Positions 137,751-148,768 are shown, numbered from the stretch's first letter. The stretch is 248,000 nucleotides of DNA from Hyalangium minutum (GCF_000737315.1 NZ_JMCB01000002.1:268001-516000); one strand, 5' to 3'. A program made the numbers and translations. Notes: generated by a model from the sequence alone, not told the origin.

Positions 137751-138776
137751 TTAGGGGGCGAGGCTGGCCAGGTACCGGTCCAGCGTCTCCGCGAAGGTGG
137801 GGTCATCGCTGAGGAACGCGAGCCCCACGCCGCCCTTGTACGGATCATCCACCACGTGGACCACCAGGGCGTCTCCCTCTAGGCGATCGCCGTTGGGCAG
137901 CCTCACGTCCACCCGGACAATCGAGTCCATGGGTGGCCGGTGCGCCGTGCGCACGAAGAGGCCGCCGTTGGAGATGTTCGTCGCGTGCTCGCGCACGAAG
138001 TCCAGCTCCGTGCGGAACTCCATCTCCAGCTGCACCGGGAAGCGCTTGTAGCGGCGCAGCTCCGCGCCCGTGGGTGCGGCGGCCTCGGGCTGCCCCTGCA
138101 CCACCTCCCCCGCCTCCGCCACCTCCTCGATGGGCTCGATGGGCTCCACGTCGTCCACGGGCTCGCCCGCGACGAGCGGCTCGTCGGCCACCTCCGTCCC
138201 CAGCGGCTCGTCGACGATCTCCGCGGCCTCGACGGGCTCCGCCTCGGGGGCGGGGGCCGGGGCCGGAGCGGGCCGGTTGACGGGCGGCAGGGCCTGCTGA
138301 GGAATCAGCGGCTTCAGCCCACGCGCGACGATGCCTTCCAGGTGCTCCTTCAGGGTGCTGGCGGCCGTCCAGTAGTTCTCCGCGGTGATGATGTTGCCGG
138401 TGAAGGCCGCGGCCCGGAACGCATCGCGCTCGGCCTTGGGCATCTTCCACAGCTCTACCAGCGTGCCCTTGCTCGCCTTGATTTCCCAGGCGAAGCGGTC
138501 CATCTCCATCCGCGGGAAGTCGGACATCTCCAGCTTCAGCTCGAGGTTGGCCTCGTTCTCGCGCAGGGCGATGATGATCTCGACGGGCTGCGTGGAGGGC
138601 AGCAGCTCTTCGATGGCTTCCACGATGCCGGCCACATGACCGGGGATGGCGGAGCCGTTCCACAATGCTGCGAGACTGAAGGTAGCCACGGCCCAACACC
138701 ATACCCGAGGAAACCGCCCTATCCACATATCGGCAGGTGGATGTTCACCCAACCCGTCGGGGAGTGGGCGGGACAC
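137751..138776 (-). CDS. PilZ-domain protein (TIGR02266-like); start uncertain
   Basis: RRYKR, NISNGGLF. Confidence 0.8.
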   Translation of the reverse strand: MSRPLPDGLGEHPPADMWIGRFPRVWCWAVATFSLAALWNGSAIPGHVAGIVEAIEELLPSTQPVEIIIALRENEANLELKLEMSDFPRMEMDRFAWEIKASKGTLVELWKMPKAERDAFRAAAFTGNIITAENYWTAASTLKEHLEGIVARGLKPLIPQQALPPVNRPAPAPAPAPEAEPVEAAEIVDEPLGTEVADEPLVAGEPVDDVEPIEPIEEVAEAGEVVQGQPEAAAPTGAELRRYKRFPVQLEMEFRTELDFVREHATNISNGGLFVRTAHRPPMDSIVRVDVRLPNGDRLEGDALVVHVVDDPYKGGVGLAFLSDDPTFAETLDRYLASLAP

Positions 138777-138815
138777 CTCCCCTCTCAGGGCTGTAGCACC
138801 TGCTGCCGGACGGGC

Positions 138816-140579
138816 TCACCTCGACTTCAGGGGGCGCAGACCCGCAGGCGGCGCGTCCAGCCGGAAGACGGGGTAGAGGTTCAGCCGCGTGTCATAGGAA
138901 GGGTGGCGTTCCTGGAAGAATTTGAGCCGGGCGCGCGCATCCTGGGCGAAGGCTGCGTCCTTCAGGCGCTCCTCCCAGGCGGCCTTCACGGCCGGGTCCT
139001 TGGCCAGCAGCTCTCGGGCGAAGGGCTCCAGCACGTACTCCTCGATGTACTCTTTTCGCTCGAAGTGGTTGTTGAAGAAGCCCCAGGTGATCAGCGAGTC
139101 CGGGCCGGCCGGCTCCAGCAGGTGGGCGACCACCTCCACCCCGGGCTGGGCCACTGGCACGTACAGCGAGCCCGCGGGCAGCGCCTGCTTCTCTCGCTTC
139201 CACGCGCCCTGGGCGGCGAGCCCCTGGCGGCCCTCGTAGGACTGGGGCTGGAACTTCACCTCGGTGGCGCGGAACGCCTCCACCTCCGCGGCGGGCACCG
139301 TCTTGTCCAGGCGCTGGAAGCGCAGGCCGTGGGCGCGCAGCTTGGGCTCCACCCAGGCCGCGTGGGCGGCGGGCACCAGGTAGCCACCGGTGGGCAGCGT
139401 CACGGTGAGCTTGGGCACCACCTCGTCATAGAAGGGCACCTTCCACACCTGGGGCTTCGTGTCGTCGTACTTCACCACCCGCTGGTTGAAGACGGGCGAC
139501 GTCTCGTGGGTGTAGGCGTAGCCGCGGAACTCGATGGTCCGGCTCTTCTGGGTGTGGTCCCAGGCGAGCGTCACCTGGCGCACCTGGCCGGCCTCGGCCG
139601 CCGCGTCCGCCGCCTTCGCCGCGGCCTGCAGGGCAGCACCGTTGGCGGCCACGTACTGGAGCGCGCCCTCCAGCACGTTGCGCGTGGTCTTCACCCGGTG
139701 GGCGTAGGGCTTCCAGGAGTGCGTCTCCACCAGCATCCCGAAGCGGTGGTTCACCGCCCAGTACGTCTGACTGAAGCGCGGAGGCGCGATGCCCGCGGTG
139801 AAGCCGGTGGCCGGGTCATCGTCCTGGATGAAGGAGGGGTAGAAGGTGACGGGGAGGTGCCCCTGGGCCTCGAGCCCTGTCACGAGCGCGTCCCGGAGCT
139901 TCAGGCCGAGGGCGCGCATTGGCTCGGGGCCGCCGTAGAGGGGCTCCATGGTGAGCGAGACGTCGTGCTCGAACTTGGCGCCGTCGGTGACGTGGAGGTC
140001 CAGGTAGAAGAGGGGGTTCCACGCGTGAAGGAAGGTGAGCAGGGCCACCGTCTCCGGGGCGTCCGCCTTCACATAGTCGCGGTTGAGGTTGAGGTTCTGG
140101 GCGGTGACGCGCCAGCCCATCTCCTCGGGGCCCACCTGGTTGGGGCGGTTGTTGGGGCCGAAGCGCTCGTGGCCGTCGATGTTGAAGACGGGGACGAACA
140201 CCGCCGTCACCTGCCCGAGCACGCCCGGCAGCGCCTTGCCCGCGAGCACGTCCCGGAGCAGCCAGAAGCCCGCGTCCTTGCCGTCAATCTCTCCGGAGTG
140301 GATGCCGCCCTGGAAGAGGACGACGGGGCGGTTCTTCTTGGCGTTGGCGGCGGGGGTGAGGGTGCCGTCCGCGCTGGCCACGAGCGCGAGCATGGGGCGG
140401 CCCTCGGGGGTGGTGCCGAACGTCTCACAGCGCACCTTGCCGGGGAAGGCCTTGGGGAAGTCGCGGCAGAGGGTTTCCACCTCCGCGTAGCGGCCGGTGC
140501 GCGTCCAGCCGGAGCGCTCGGCGGTGGTAGTGAGCGGAGCCTGCGTGAGGAGGACAGCGAGGAAGGCGGGCAGGAGCAT
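138816..140579 (-). CDS. M14 family metallocarboxypeptidase
   Basis: IHSGE, NIDG, NLNRD, DLH. Confidence 0.88.
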   Translation of the reverse strand: MLLPAFLAVLLTQAPLTTTAERSGWTRTGRYAEVETLCRDFPKAFPGKVRCETFGTTPEGRPMLALVASADGTLTPAANAKKNRPVVLFQGGIHSGEIDGKDAGFWLLRDVLAGKALPGVLGQVTAVFVPVFNIDGHERFGPNNRPNQVGPEEMGWRVTAQNLNLNRDYVKADAPETVALLTFLHAWNPLFYLDLHVTDGAKFEHDVSLTMEPLYGGPEPMRALGLKLRDALVTGLEAQGHLPVTFYPSFIQDDDPATGFTAGIAPPRFSQTYWAVNHRFGMLVETHSWKPYAHRVKTTRNVLEGALQYVAANGAALQAAAKAADAAAEAGQVRQVTLAWDHTQKSRTIEFRGYAYTHETSPVFNQRVVKYDDTKPQVWKVPFYDEVVPKLTVTLPTGGYLVPAAHAAWVEPKLRAHGLRFQRLDKTVPAAEVEAFRATEVKFQPQSYEGRQGLAAQGAWKREKQALPAGSLYVPVAQPGVEVVAHLLEPAGPDSLITWGFFNNHFERKEYIEEYVLEPFARELLAKDPAVKAAWEERLKDAAFAQDARARLKFFQERHPSYDTRLNLYPVFRLDAPPAGLRPLKSR

Positions 140580-140611
140580 GAGCCCCCGCAAACCACACCC
140601 TCCGGCCCGGC

Positions 140612-141547
140612 TCAACCCTGTTGCACGTGGAGGCTCTGGCCCACGGCGAGCACGTGGAGCTTCTCGCGCGGCCAGTGGCGCCGGCTCCACTCGGCGTCCA
140701 GGCGCTGGGGCGGCTCGTCGAGCGGCTCGTCGGTGAGCTTGAAGGTGCCCCAGTGCATGGCCAGGAAGCGCGAGGCGCCCAGGTCCTCGAAGGCCTGCAC
140801 GGCCTCCTCGGGGTTCATGTGCTGCTTGCTCATGAACCACGCCGGGTCATACGCGCCAATGGGGAGCATGGCCGCGTCGATGCCCGGGTGGCGGCGGCCA
140901 ATCTCCTTGAAGCCCTCGAAGTAGGCGGTGTCGCCGGAGTGGTAGAGGCGAGCGCTGGAGCCCTCAATCACGAAGCCGCCCCAGAGCATCTCGTTGGGGC
141001 CCGCGAGCGCGCGGCGGCTCCAGTGCTGCGAGGGGACATAGTGGACGGTGACGGGGCCGACCTTCGTGGAGCCCCACCAGTCCAGCTCGGTGCAGCCCAG
141101 CCGTGAGCCTTTGAAGACGGGCATTTGGCCGAGGCCGGTGACGATGGGGGCGCCCACGTCCTTGAGCGAGGGCAGGTCCAGGTGGTCGTAGTGGTTGTGC
141201 GAGACGAGGCTGGCGGTGATGGGGGGCAGCTTCTCGGTGGGGACACCGGTGGGGACGTTGCGGCGGATGACGACGTTGATGGCGTCGCGCAGCACGGGGT
141301 CGATGAGGAGGGAGATGCCGTCGAGCTGCACGAGCCAGCTGGCATGGCCGAGCCACGTGAGGCGCGCGCCCTGGCCGGGGGCGGGTGGAGTGGCGAGGGC
141401 AGCGAGATCCGGCTCGACGCGGGGGACGGGAGCGCGGGAGGGGGACTTGCGGCGGAGGCCTCGGAGCTTGTCACCCACGGCCCACTTGAAGACGGTGTCG
141501 AAGCCATGGGGCCCACTGCCGTCGAGGTTCTTGAAGCGCAGCGCCAT
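140612..141547 (-). CDS. MBL-fold hydrolase (RomA/NAPE-PLD-like)
   Basis: WLGHAS, SHNHYDHLD, HWSRR, HWGTF. Confidence 0.9.
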   Translation of the reverse strand: MALRFKNLDGSGPHGFDTVFKWAVGDKLRGLRRKSPSRAPVPRVEPDLAALATPPAPGQGARLTWLGHASWLVQLDGISLLIDPVLRDAINVVIRRNVPTGVPTEKLPPITASLVSHNHYDHLDLPSLKDVGAPIVTGLGQMPVFKGSRLGCTELDWWGSTKVGPVTVHYVPSQHWSRRALAGPNEMLWGGFVIEGSSARLYHSGDTAYFEGFKEIGRRHPGIDAAMLPIGAYDPAWFMSKQHMNPEEAVQAFEDLGASRFLAMHWGTFKLTDEPLDEPPQRLDAEWSRRHWPREKLHVLAVGQSLHVQQG

Positions 141548-141786
141548 GGGGGGAACATTAGGCTCGCGAGCACCCACGATCCAGGAGCCCGGCGTGAACC
141601 CAGCGGAGAAGCGTTCAGAGTTTCCCAAGGGGCTGCAGCTGTTGCTGGCGGACTGCGATCTGGCGTGGCCGCTTGCGTTCCTGAGTGCGGACAGTCCCTG
141701 GAGCAGCCGGGCCTCCCGCATCCTGTCGGTGCTGGCGTAGCTACGGCGGTCTGCTGACTCCTGACGCCGGATATGCTCGTCATCCC

Positions 141787-142503
141787 ATGACAAGACTCCG
141801 ATGGCGCTGGATATGCCTGTGGCTGCTGGGGGCGTTGGTGGCTTGCGCCACGACGCAGCCGTCGGAACTGGAGCGTGCTCCCGATACGGATGAAGGGAAC
141901 GCTCTCTCGTTTGAGGAAGCATGCGCGCAAGAGAGCAGCCTGCTGGCGATGTGCGATGGAAGCCAGTGCGGGCTGTTTCGCTGCCAGGAAGTCATGGAGC
142001 ACGTTTCTTCGGGAATCGTGGTGCCCACGAGAGGTGGGCCGCTACTGCTCCCGAGGAGTCCAGTAAGCACGCAGCGTTACTGGGGAAGTGCGCAGGAGCC
142101 TCCTCGGGATTCTCGGCCGGTCTTCATCATCCCCTGGCGCCACAAGCCTCCATTGCTGCCCAGCCAGAAGGCGCTGCTGGAGGAAGCGGCCAAGGAACGA
142201 AGCAAGCCCCATGAGAAGCACCACATCTTTCCTCAGGCCTTCCGGGAGTGGTTTGGCAAGCAGGGCATCGCCGTCGACGCGTACGTGATACCGCTCAAGG
142301 TGGAGAAGCACCGGAGCATTCACCGAGGAGAACGCGGGGGGCCGTGGAACGAAGCGTGGAGACAGTTCATCAACGCCCGTCTGCAGGGGGCCCCGAAGGA
142401 GGAGATCTACCGGCATGCAGGCCAGCTCATCTACGAGTTCGAGCTGTTTGGGCCTGTGATGCCCTACTGGAAGCAGCCGCCATCGCTTCCCACGGAGTAC
142501 TGA
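141787..142503 (+). CDS. SitA6/TIGR02269-type toxin lipoprotein (second copy)
   Basis: Lipobox LVAC; EKHHIFPQ...HRSIH...WN. Confidence 0.8.
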   Translation: MTRLRWRWICLWLLGALVACATTQPSELERAPDTDEGNALSFEEACAQESSLLAMCDGSQCGLFRCQEVMEHVSSGIVVPTRGGPLLLPRSPVSTQRYWGSAQEPPRDSRPVFIIPWRHKPPLLPSQKALLEEAAKERSKPHEKHHIFPQAFREWFGKQGIAVDAYVIPLKVEKHRSIHRGERGGPWNEAWRQFINARLQGAPKEEIYRHAGQLIYEFELFGPVMPYWKQPPSLPTEY

Positions 142504-142509
142504 GGGGCC

Positions 142510-143244
142510 ATGCGCTTCTATTGGTTACAGGACGTCGCGAGCCGCCGGTACTCCGCCACGCACACCGATGGGCACAAGTGGTGCCTGCCCGGCGCATCCT
142601 GTCCGGTGTGCCAGCGTTCCGGGGGCACCTCCGCGAGCGCCTTTCCCTCGGTGGATCTGTCTCACTTGCCGCCTCGGGAGCAGAAGAAGTATTCGGCGCG
142701 GCTGGAGGAGGACTTCGCGGAGTTCGAGCGGCTGCGCGAGCAGGTGCGCCCTTGGGTTCCCACAGGCGTCCCGCTCTGGCCAGGGACGGATTTCGGCCCC
142801 ATGACGGCTTCCATTCAGGGAGAAGTGGGCCCGTTGTTGTTGGATCACCCGTGGATCCTGCTCATGAGACGGGAGTCGCTGGAGCACTTGCAGAAGGAGG
142901 GCTTGCAAGGGCTGAAGGGGTGCCGCACGGAGCTGCGCTTCCGCACGAAGAACCCACCCGAACTGCTGGAAATGGAGTTGCTGCCTCGGGGCAGATTCCA
143001 TGCGGAGTGCCTGCCAGAACGGTCTCCTCCGTGCCCCAAGTGCGAGCGAGTGAGCCTCCAGCATCCCAAAGAGCCCGTGCTTGATGCGGCCACGCTCCCG
143101 AAGGACGTGGATGTGTTCCGGCTCGAAGACTCCGCAGGAATGATTTTGGGCACGGAGCGCTTCGTGGACGCGGTTCGCCACCTGGGGTACTCGGACGATC
143201 TCCTCTTCCGCGAGCTTCCCGTGCGCGCCGCATCGCCATATTGA
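142510..143244 (+). CDS. SitI6-type double-CXXCG immunity protein (second copy)
   Basis: LPGASCPVC, CPKC. Confidence 0.8.
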   Translation: MRFYWLQDVASRRYSATHTDGHKWCLPGASCPVCQRSGGTSASAFPSVDLSHLPPREQKKYSARLEEDFAEFERLREQVRPWVPTGVPLWPGTDFGPMTASIQGEVGPLLLDHPWILLMRRESLEHLQKEGLQGLKGCRTELRFRTKNPPELLEMELLPRGRFHAECLPERSPPCPKCERVSLQHPKEPVLDAATLPKDVDVFRLEDSAGMILGTERFVDAVRHLGYSDDLLFRELPVRAASPY

Positions 143245-143302
143245 GGCAGGCGGCTCTCCGAGCCAGTCACACCCAGCCCGTCCTCCTTATATAGAGAGGA
143301 GG

Positions 143303-144748
143303 ATGCCTGCCCCGCCTGGAATCACCCGCAAGCTGCTCTTCGCCTTCGGGGCGCTCGTGGCGCTGTTCGCCGCCGCGTCCCTGTTCGCGCTCGGGCGCAT
143401 CAACGAGATTCACGAGGGGACGCACGCCCTCCAGGCCGCCAGCGGCCGCGTCCGTGCCGCGCTGGAGCTCGCCACCGCCGTGCGAGACCAGTACGCCCAC
143501 CTGGCCCACACCATCATCCTCGGCAACGACAGCCATGCCCGCTTCCACGCCGACGCCCGGGCACGCGTGGAGGCGCTCACCCGTAAGCTCTGGGAGCAGG
143601 CCCAGGATGCCGAGGAGCGCGCCTGGGTCGGTGACATCCAGGAGTCCGGCGATGCGCTGGACCGGCTCTACCGCGACACGCTGCTGCCCGCCGTGGTCTC
143701 CAAGGATCAAGCTGCGGTGACAGCCGCCCACGGCCACGCGCTGGAGCTTGTCGCCACCATCCAGGCCCGCGCGGATGCGCTCGCCCGGCGCTTCGATGCC
143801 TCCATTGGCTCGTTCGAGGAGCACGTGGGGGCCGTGGAACATGCGAGCTTCCTGTGGGCCGTGGTGTTCCTTGGAGGCGCCACCCTGTTCGCCGCGGGCG
143901 TGGGGCTCTACATCGGCAACTCGGTGGCGCGGCCGGTGGCGCGGCTCACGGAGGGCGCCTCCCGTCTGGCTCAGGGAGACTTGAACACCCGCATCCCCGA
144001 GGGTGCTCCGGATGAGTTCGGCCGGCTCGCAGCCCAGTTCAACCGGATGACTGAGGCGCTGCGCGCGCACCAGGAGCAGCTCGTCCAGCACGAGAAGCTC
144101 GCGGGCATCGGCCGGCTCGCGGCGGGCGTGGCGCATGAGATCAACAACCCGCTCGGCGTCATCCTCGGCTATGTCCGCCTGCTCCAGCGCAAGGCCGAGG
144201 GCTCGCTCGCGGAGGATCTCAAGGTGTTGGAGGAGGAGGCCGTCCGCTGTCAGCAGATCGTCGAGGGGCTCTTGGATCTCTCCCGCCCTGGCCGGGTCGC
144301 CGTGGAGCCACTGGCCCTGCGTGAGGTCTGCACTGAAGTCGTGGCCCGCCTCCAGGAGTCGCCGAAGCTCAAGGGCGTGGAGGTGCGTGTGGAGGGAGAT
144401 GCCCCCGCCTGGGCCCATCCGCAGCGGGTGCGGCAGGTGCTCTTCAACCTCGTGGTGAACGCGGCCGAGGCGGCGAGCTCGGGCGGCCGGGTGGAGGTGC
144501 GCATCGAGCCCCAAGCCGGAGGAGGCGCGAGCGTGGCGGTGTCGGACTCGGGGCCTGGGGTGAAGCCGGAAGAGCGTCCTCGCCTCTTCGAGCCCTTCTT
144601 CACGACGAAGTCCTCGGGCACGGGGCTGGGGCTCGCGGTGAGCCAAGCCATCGCCCACGCGCACGGCGGACGCATCGAGGCGGATGCAGGCCCACTGGGC
144701 GGAGCGCGCTTCACGCTGCACCTGCCGCCGCCTCGGGAGGGCGCATGA
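143303..144748 (+). CDS. HAMP sensor histidine kinase
   Basis: HEINNPL, FFTTK, GTGLGL. Confidence 0.9.
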   Translation: MPAPPGITRKLLFAFGALVALFAAASLFALGRINEIHEGTHALQAASGRVRAALELATAVRDQYAHLAHTIILGNDSHARFHADARARVEALTRKLWEQAQDAEERAWVGDIQESGDALDRLYRDTLLPAVVSKDQAAVTAAHGHALELVATIQARADALARRFDASIGSFEEHVGAVEHASFLWAVVFLGGATLFAAGVGLYIGNSVARPVARLTEGASRLAQGDLNTRIPEGAPDEFGRLAAQFNRMTEALRAHQEQLVQHEKLAGIGRLAAGVAHEINNPLGVILGYVRLLQRKAEGSLAEDLKVLEEEAVRCQQIVEGLLDLSRPGRVAVEPLALREVCTEVVARLQESPKLKGVEVRVEGDAPAWAHPQRVRQVLFNLVVNAAEAASSGGRVEVRIEPQAGGGASVAVSDSGPGVKPEERPRLFEPFFTTKSSGTGLGLAVSQAIAHAHGGRIEADAGPLGGARFTLHLPPPREGA

Positions 144749-146145
144749 GCGCACCGGACAAGCCGAGCGTCCTGGTGGTGGACGACAAGGAGAACATGCT
144801 CAAGCTGTTCTCGCGCATCCTCGGGGACGCCTACGCGGTGACGACGGCGGCGGACGGGGAGCGGGCGCTGGGGCTGCTGGCCTCGCGCGAGTTCGACGTG
144901 GTCGTCACCGACATCCAGATGCCCGGAGCGGACGGCTTCGCGGTGCTGCGCGAGGTGAAGCGGCGCTGGCCGGCCACGGAGGTGGTGCTCGTCACGGCCT
145001 ACGCCAGCATCCCCAAGGCGGTGGAGGCCATGCGCGAGGGTGCCTATGACTATCTGGCCAAGCCGTTCGACCCTGACGAGGTGGCGCTCGTGGTGGCCCG
145101 GGCGCTGGAGCAGCGGCGGCAGCGGCGCGAGGCCGAGGGGCTCAAGCAGCAGCTCGCGGCGGCCCCGGACTTCCACGGGCTGCTCGGCACCAGCGCGGCG
145201 ATGCGGCAGACCTGCGCCCTCCTGACCCAGGGCGCCGCGAGGGACTTCACGGTGCTGCTCACGGGGGAGACTGGCACGGGCAAGGAGCTGGCCGCGCGCG
145301 CGGTGCACGCCGAGAGCCCTCGGAAGGGCCGCCCCTTCGTGGCGGTGAACTGCGGCGCGCTGCCGGCGGAGCTGGTGGAGAGCGAGCTGTTCGGCCACGC
145401 GAAGGGCGCCTTCACGGGAGCCACGGTGGCCAAGGCCGGGCTCTTCGAGGAGGCCCACGGCGGCACGCTCTTCCTGGACGAAGCCGGAGACCTGCCGCTG
145501 GCGATGCAGGTGAAGCTCAACCGCGCGCTGCAGGAGAAGGAGGTGCGGCGCGTGGGCACCACCCAGCCCATCAACGTGGACGTGCGGGTGGTCGCCGCCA
145601 CGCACCGGGATCTCCAGGCCGAAGTATCCGCGGGCCGCTTCCGCGAGGACCTCTACTACCGTCTCAATGTCTTCACCGTGCGGATGCCCGCCCTGCGAGA
145701 GCGGCGCGAGGACATTCCGCTGCTCGCCATGCACTTCCTGGCCAAGGCAGGCCGCCCTCTCGAAGGCTTCACCCCCGAGGCGCTCCGCACCCTGACGGCG
145801 TACGCGTGGCCGGGCAATGTGCGGCAGCTCGAGAACGCCGTGGCGCGGGCGGTGGCGGTGGCACCGGGGCCTCGCATCCGCCCCGAGGATCTGCCGCCCG
145901 AGCTGAGCCCGTCCTCCAGCGGTGGAGGCCCGCTGCCCGCCGAGAGCCTGGCCAAGATGCCCTACCGCGAGGCCGTGGACAGCGCCCGGGATGCCGTGTC
146001 GCGCGAGTACCTGGTGGCGCTGATGCAGGAATTCGGCGGAAACGTGACCCACGCCGCCGAGCGCGCCGGCATGGAGCGCGAGAGCCTCCACCGGCTCCTC
146101 AAGCGCTACGGCGTGCGCTCCGACGACTTCAAACGCTCGGAATGA
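144745..146145 (+). CDS. Sigma-54 response regulator (NtrC family)
   Basis: Receiver, GETGTGKE, ELFGH.KGAFTGA, HTH. Confidence 0.93.
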   Translation: MSAPDKPSVLVVDDKENMLKLFSRILGDAYAVTTAADGERALGLLASREFDVVVTDIQMPGADGFAVLREVKRRWPATEVVLVTAYASIPKAVEAMREGAYDYLAKPFDPDEVALVVARALEQRRQRREAEGLKQQLAAAPDFHGLLGTSAAMRQTCALLTQGAARDFTVLLTGETGTGKELAARAVHAESPRKGRPFVAVNCGALPAELVESELFGHAKGAFTGATVAKAGLFEEAHGGTLFLDEAGDLPLAMQVKLNRALQEKEVRRVGTTQPINVDVRVVAATHRDLQAEVSAGRFREDLYYRLNVFTVRMPALRERREDIPLLAMHFLAKAGRPLEGFTPEALRTLTAYAWPGNVRQLENAVARAVAVAPGPRIRPEDLPPELSPSSSGGGPLPAESLAKMPYREAVDSARDAVSREYLVALMQEFGGNVTHAAERAGMERESLHRLLKRYGVRSDDFKRSE

Positions 146146-146274
146146 CTGGGTAACGCACTGCACTGCAAAAGCCGCAGAACATGTTGCGGGAAATGTAGGT
146201 GTAGGTAGCAACTCTGGTTCTCAGCGCTCGATAAATGGGCAGGGTCTCTTTTTCCAAGAAATGAGCTTCTGCCC

Positions 146275-146958
146275 ATGACCGCCGTCAGCGCCGCCCAGCG
146301 TACCGCCCAGACCTCCTTCGCCGCCGTCGCCGCCAGCGATCCCACGCTGCGCCAGGGCGCCAAGGGTGCGTCCGTGACGCAGCTGCAGAACCTGCTGCGC
146401 AACAAGGGCTACAACATCGCGGCGGATGGGGACTTCGGCCCGAAGACGACTGCGGCGGTGAAGAGCTTCCAGTCCTCGCGCGGGCTGACTGCGGATGGAA
146501 TCGTGGGCCCGAAGACGTGGGCGGCGCTGCGCGGCGGCGTCGTGTCCAACCCGGGCACGCCCGCGGGCGGCAAGCAGGTGACGGCGTACACCAACGGCCG
146601 GCCCTCCACCATCACCGTGGTCCCCGTGGGCAACGGCCAGTACATGCGCGCGGACGCCGCCCGGAACTTCAAGGCCATGCAGGCCGCGGCCGCCAAGGCC
146701 GGCGTCAACCTGTCGGCCACCAGCGGCTTCCGCACCATGGAGCAGCAGCGGGTGCTCTACCAGAAGTACCTCAACGGCACGGGCAACCTCGCCGCCAAGC
146801 CGGGCTACTCCAACCACCAGAACGGCATCTCCATGGACGTGGGTGGCATTGGCAGCTACAGCAGCAAGGCCTTCAACTGGATGAAGAACAACGCCGCCAA
146901 GTACGGCTTCCAGAACGACGTGCGCGGCGAGTACTGGCACTGGACGTTCAAGGGCTAA
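146275..146958 (+). CDS. Peptidoglycan-binding plus M15 D,D-carboxypeptidase
   Basis: DG.FGPKT/DGIVGPKT; SGFR, SNHQ.G..D, EYWH. Confidence 0.88.
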   Translation: MTAVSAAQRTAQTSFAAVAASDPTLRQGAKGASVTQLQNLLRNKGYNIAADGDFGPKTTAAVKSFQSSRGLTADGIVGPKTWAALRGGVVSNPGTPAGGKQVTAYTNGRPSTITVVPVGNGQYMRADAARNFKAMQAAAAKAGVNLSATSGFRTMEQQRVLYQKYLNGTGNLAAKPGYSNHQNGISMDVGGIGSYSSKAFNWMKNNAAKYGFQNDVRGEYWHWTFKG

Positions 146959-147111
146959 TTTCAGCCTGTGTGAAATCCGCCTTCCCCGCACTGAGCACTG
147001 GCGATCCGAGGCCGGTGCGGATAGTCACGGCCCCGCAACGGGAGGGGCTCGTGCATGTCACGGCCTTCCGTTGGTTCCCGCGCCCACGCAGGTGGGCGCC
147101 CAGGAGGCCGG

Positions 147112-147738
147112 ATGCTCCAGAAGCTGATGCCCAAGTCGGACGAGTTCTTCGACGACTTCGACGCCCAGTGTGCCGTCACGGTGGAGGGCGCGAAGATGCT
147201 CCACGCCCTGCTGAGCGACTACAAGGACGTCGCTGCCCGCGTGCAGGCGCTCAAGGACGTCGAGCACAAGGGCGATGAAGTCACCCACCGCGCGTTCAAC
147301 CGGCTGCACCAGCAGTTCATTACCCCGTTCGACCGGACGCAGATCCACACGCTGCTGGGCCGCATCGACGACGTGCTGGATTTGACGAACGCGGCGGCGG
147401 CGCGGCTGCACTACTACGAAATACAGTCCAGCCTGCCGGACGCCGTGGAGCTGGCGCGGCTGCTGGTGCTGAGCGCGGAGAAGGTCCGCGAGGTGGTCGC
147501 GGCGCTGCGGCTCATCAAGCAGCCGCAGCAGATCCTGGATGGGTGCAAGGCCATCAAGAAGCTGGAGACGCAGGCGGACGAGGTGCTGCGCGCGGGCATG
147601 GGCCGGCTGTTCAAGAGCGGCGCGGATCCGCTCACCATCATCAAGTGGAAGGAGATCTACGATCTCATCGAGACGGCCACGGACAAGTGCTTGAGCGTGG
147701 CCAACGTCATCGAGGGCGTGGTCCTGGAGCACTCCTGA
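147112..147738 (+). CDS. DUF47 phosphate transport regulator
   Basis: EHKGD, FITPFDR..I, LETQAD. Confidence 0.9.
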   Translation: MLQKLMPKSDEFFDDFDAQCAVTVEGAKMLHALLSDYKDVAARVQALKDVEHKGDEVTHRAFNRLHQQFITPFDRTQIHTLLGRIDDVLDLTNAAAARLHYYEIQSSLPDAVELARLLVLSAEKVREVVAALRLIKQPQQILDGCKAIKKLETQADEVLRAGMGRLFKSGADPLTIIKWKEIYDLIETATDKCLSVANVIEGVVLEHS

Positions 147739-147739
147739 C

Positions 147740-148768
147740 ATGCTGCTCACGGCTGTCGTCGTCATTGTCGCGGTCGCGCTCATCTTCGACTTCATCAACG
147801 GCTTCCACGACGCGGCGAACTCCATCGCCACGGTGGTGTCCACGCGCGTGCTGTCGCCGAACCTGGCCGTGGCCTGGGCAGCCTTCTTCAACTTCATCGC
147901 GGCGTTCAGCGGCGGAGTGAAGGTGGCCAACACCATGGGCAAGGGCATCATCAACTTCGACATGCTCAAGGCCCAGGGCTCCACAGCCGTGCTGATGGTC
148001 ATCTTCTCGGCCCTGGTGGGCGCCATCGCCTGGAACCTGCTGACGTGGTGGTGGGGGCTGCCGTCCTCCTCCTCTCACGCGCTGGCGGGAGGGATGATTG
148101 GCGCCACGCTGCCGGTGCTGGGCTTCGCCGGGCTGATGGGGACGGGCATCGCGACCATTGCCGCCTTCATCGTGCTGTCGCCGCTCATCGGCATGACGAT
148201 GGCCATCTTGCTGATGCTGGCCAGCACCTGGAGCGTCCGCAAGCAGACCCCGCTCAAGGTGGACACGTGGTTCCGGCGGCTGCAGTTGGTGTCCTCGGGC
148301 ATCTTCTCGTTCAGCCATGGCACCAACGACGCGCAGAAGGTGATGGGCATCATCGCCGTGGTGCTCTTCGGCACCATCTGGAAGGACCGGGAGTTCCACA
148401 TCGACTGGTGGATGATCCTCTCGTGCCACGCGGCCATCGCCCTGGGGACCTTCTTCGGCGGCTGGCGCATCGTCCGGACGATGGGCCACAGCCTGACGAA
148501 GCTGGCGCCCATTGGCGGGTTCGCGGCGGAGACGGGCGGCGGTGTCACCATCATCGCGCTGGCGAAGCTGTGGGGCATTCCGGTCTCCACCACGCACACC
148601 ATCACCGGCGCCATCGTGGGCGTGGGCTCCACCAAGGGCTGGCGCGCGGTGAAGTGGGGCGTGGCAGGCCGGATCATCTGGGCCTGGGTCTTCACCATTC
148701 CGGCTTCGGCGACCATGGCCATCCTCGTCTACGGGCTCACCTGGGCCGTGGTGCGGATGGTGGGGTAG
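147740..148768 (+). CDS. pit: PiT inorganic phosphate transporter
   Basis: NGFHDAANSIAT, SSSHAL, HG.NDAQK, PVSTTH. Confidence 0.93.
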   Translation: MLLTAVVVIVAVALIFDFINGFHDAANSIATVVSTRVLSPNLAVAWAAFFNFIAAFSGGVKVANTMGKGIINFDMLKAQGSTAVLMVIFSALVGAIAWNLLTWWWGLPSSSSHALAGGMIGATLPVLGFAGLMGTGIATIAAFIVLSPLIGMTMAILLMLASTWSVRKQTPLKVDTWFRRLQLVSSGIFSFSHGTNDAQKVMGIIAVVLFGTIWKDREFHIDWWMILSCHAAIALGTFFGGWRIVRTMGHSLTKLAPIGGFAAETGGGVTIIALAKLWGIPVSTTHTITGAIVGVGSTKGWRAVKWGVAGRIIWAWVFTIPASATMAILVYGLTWAVVRMVG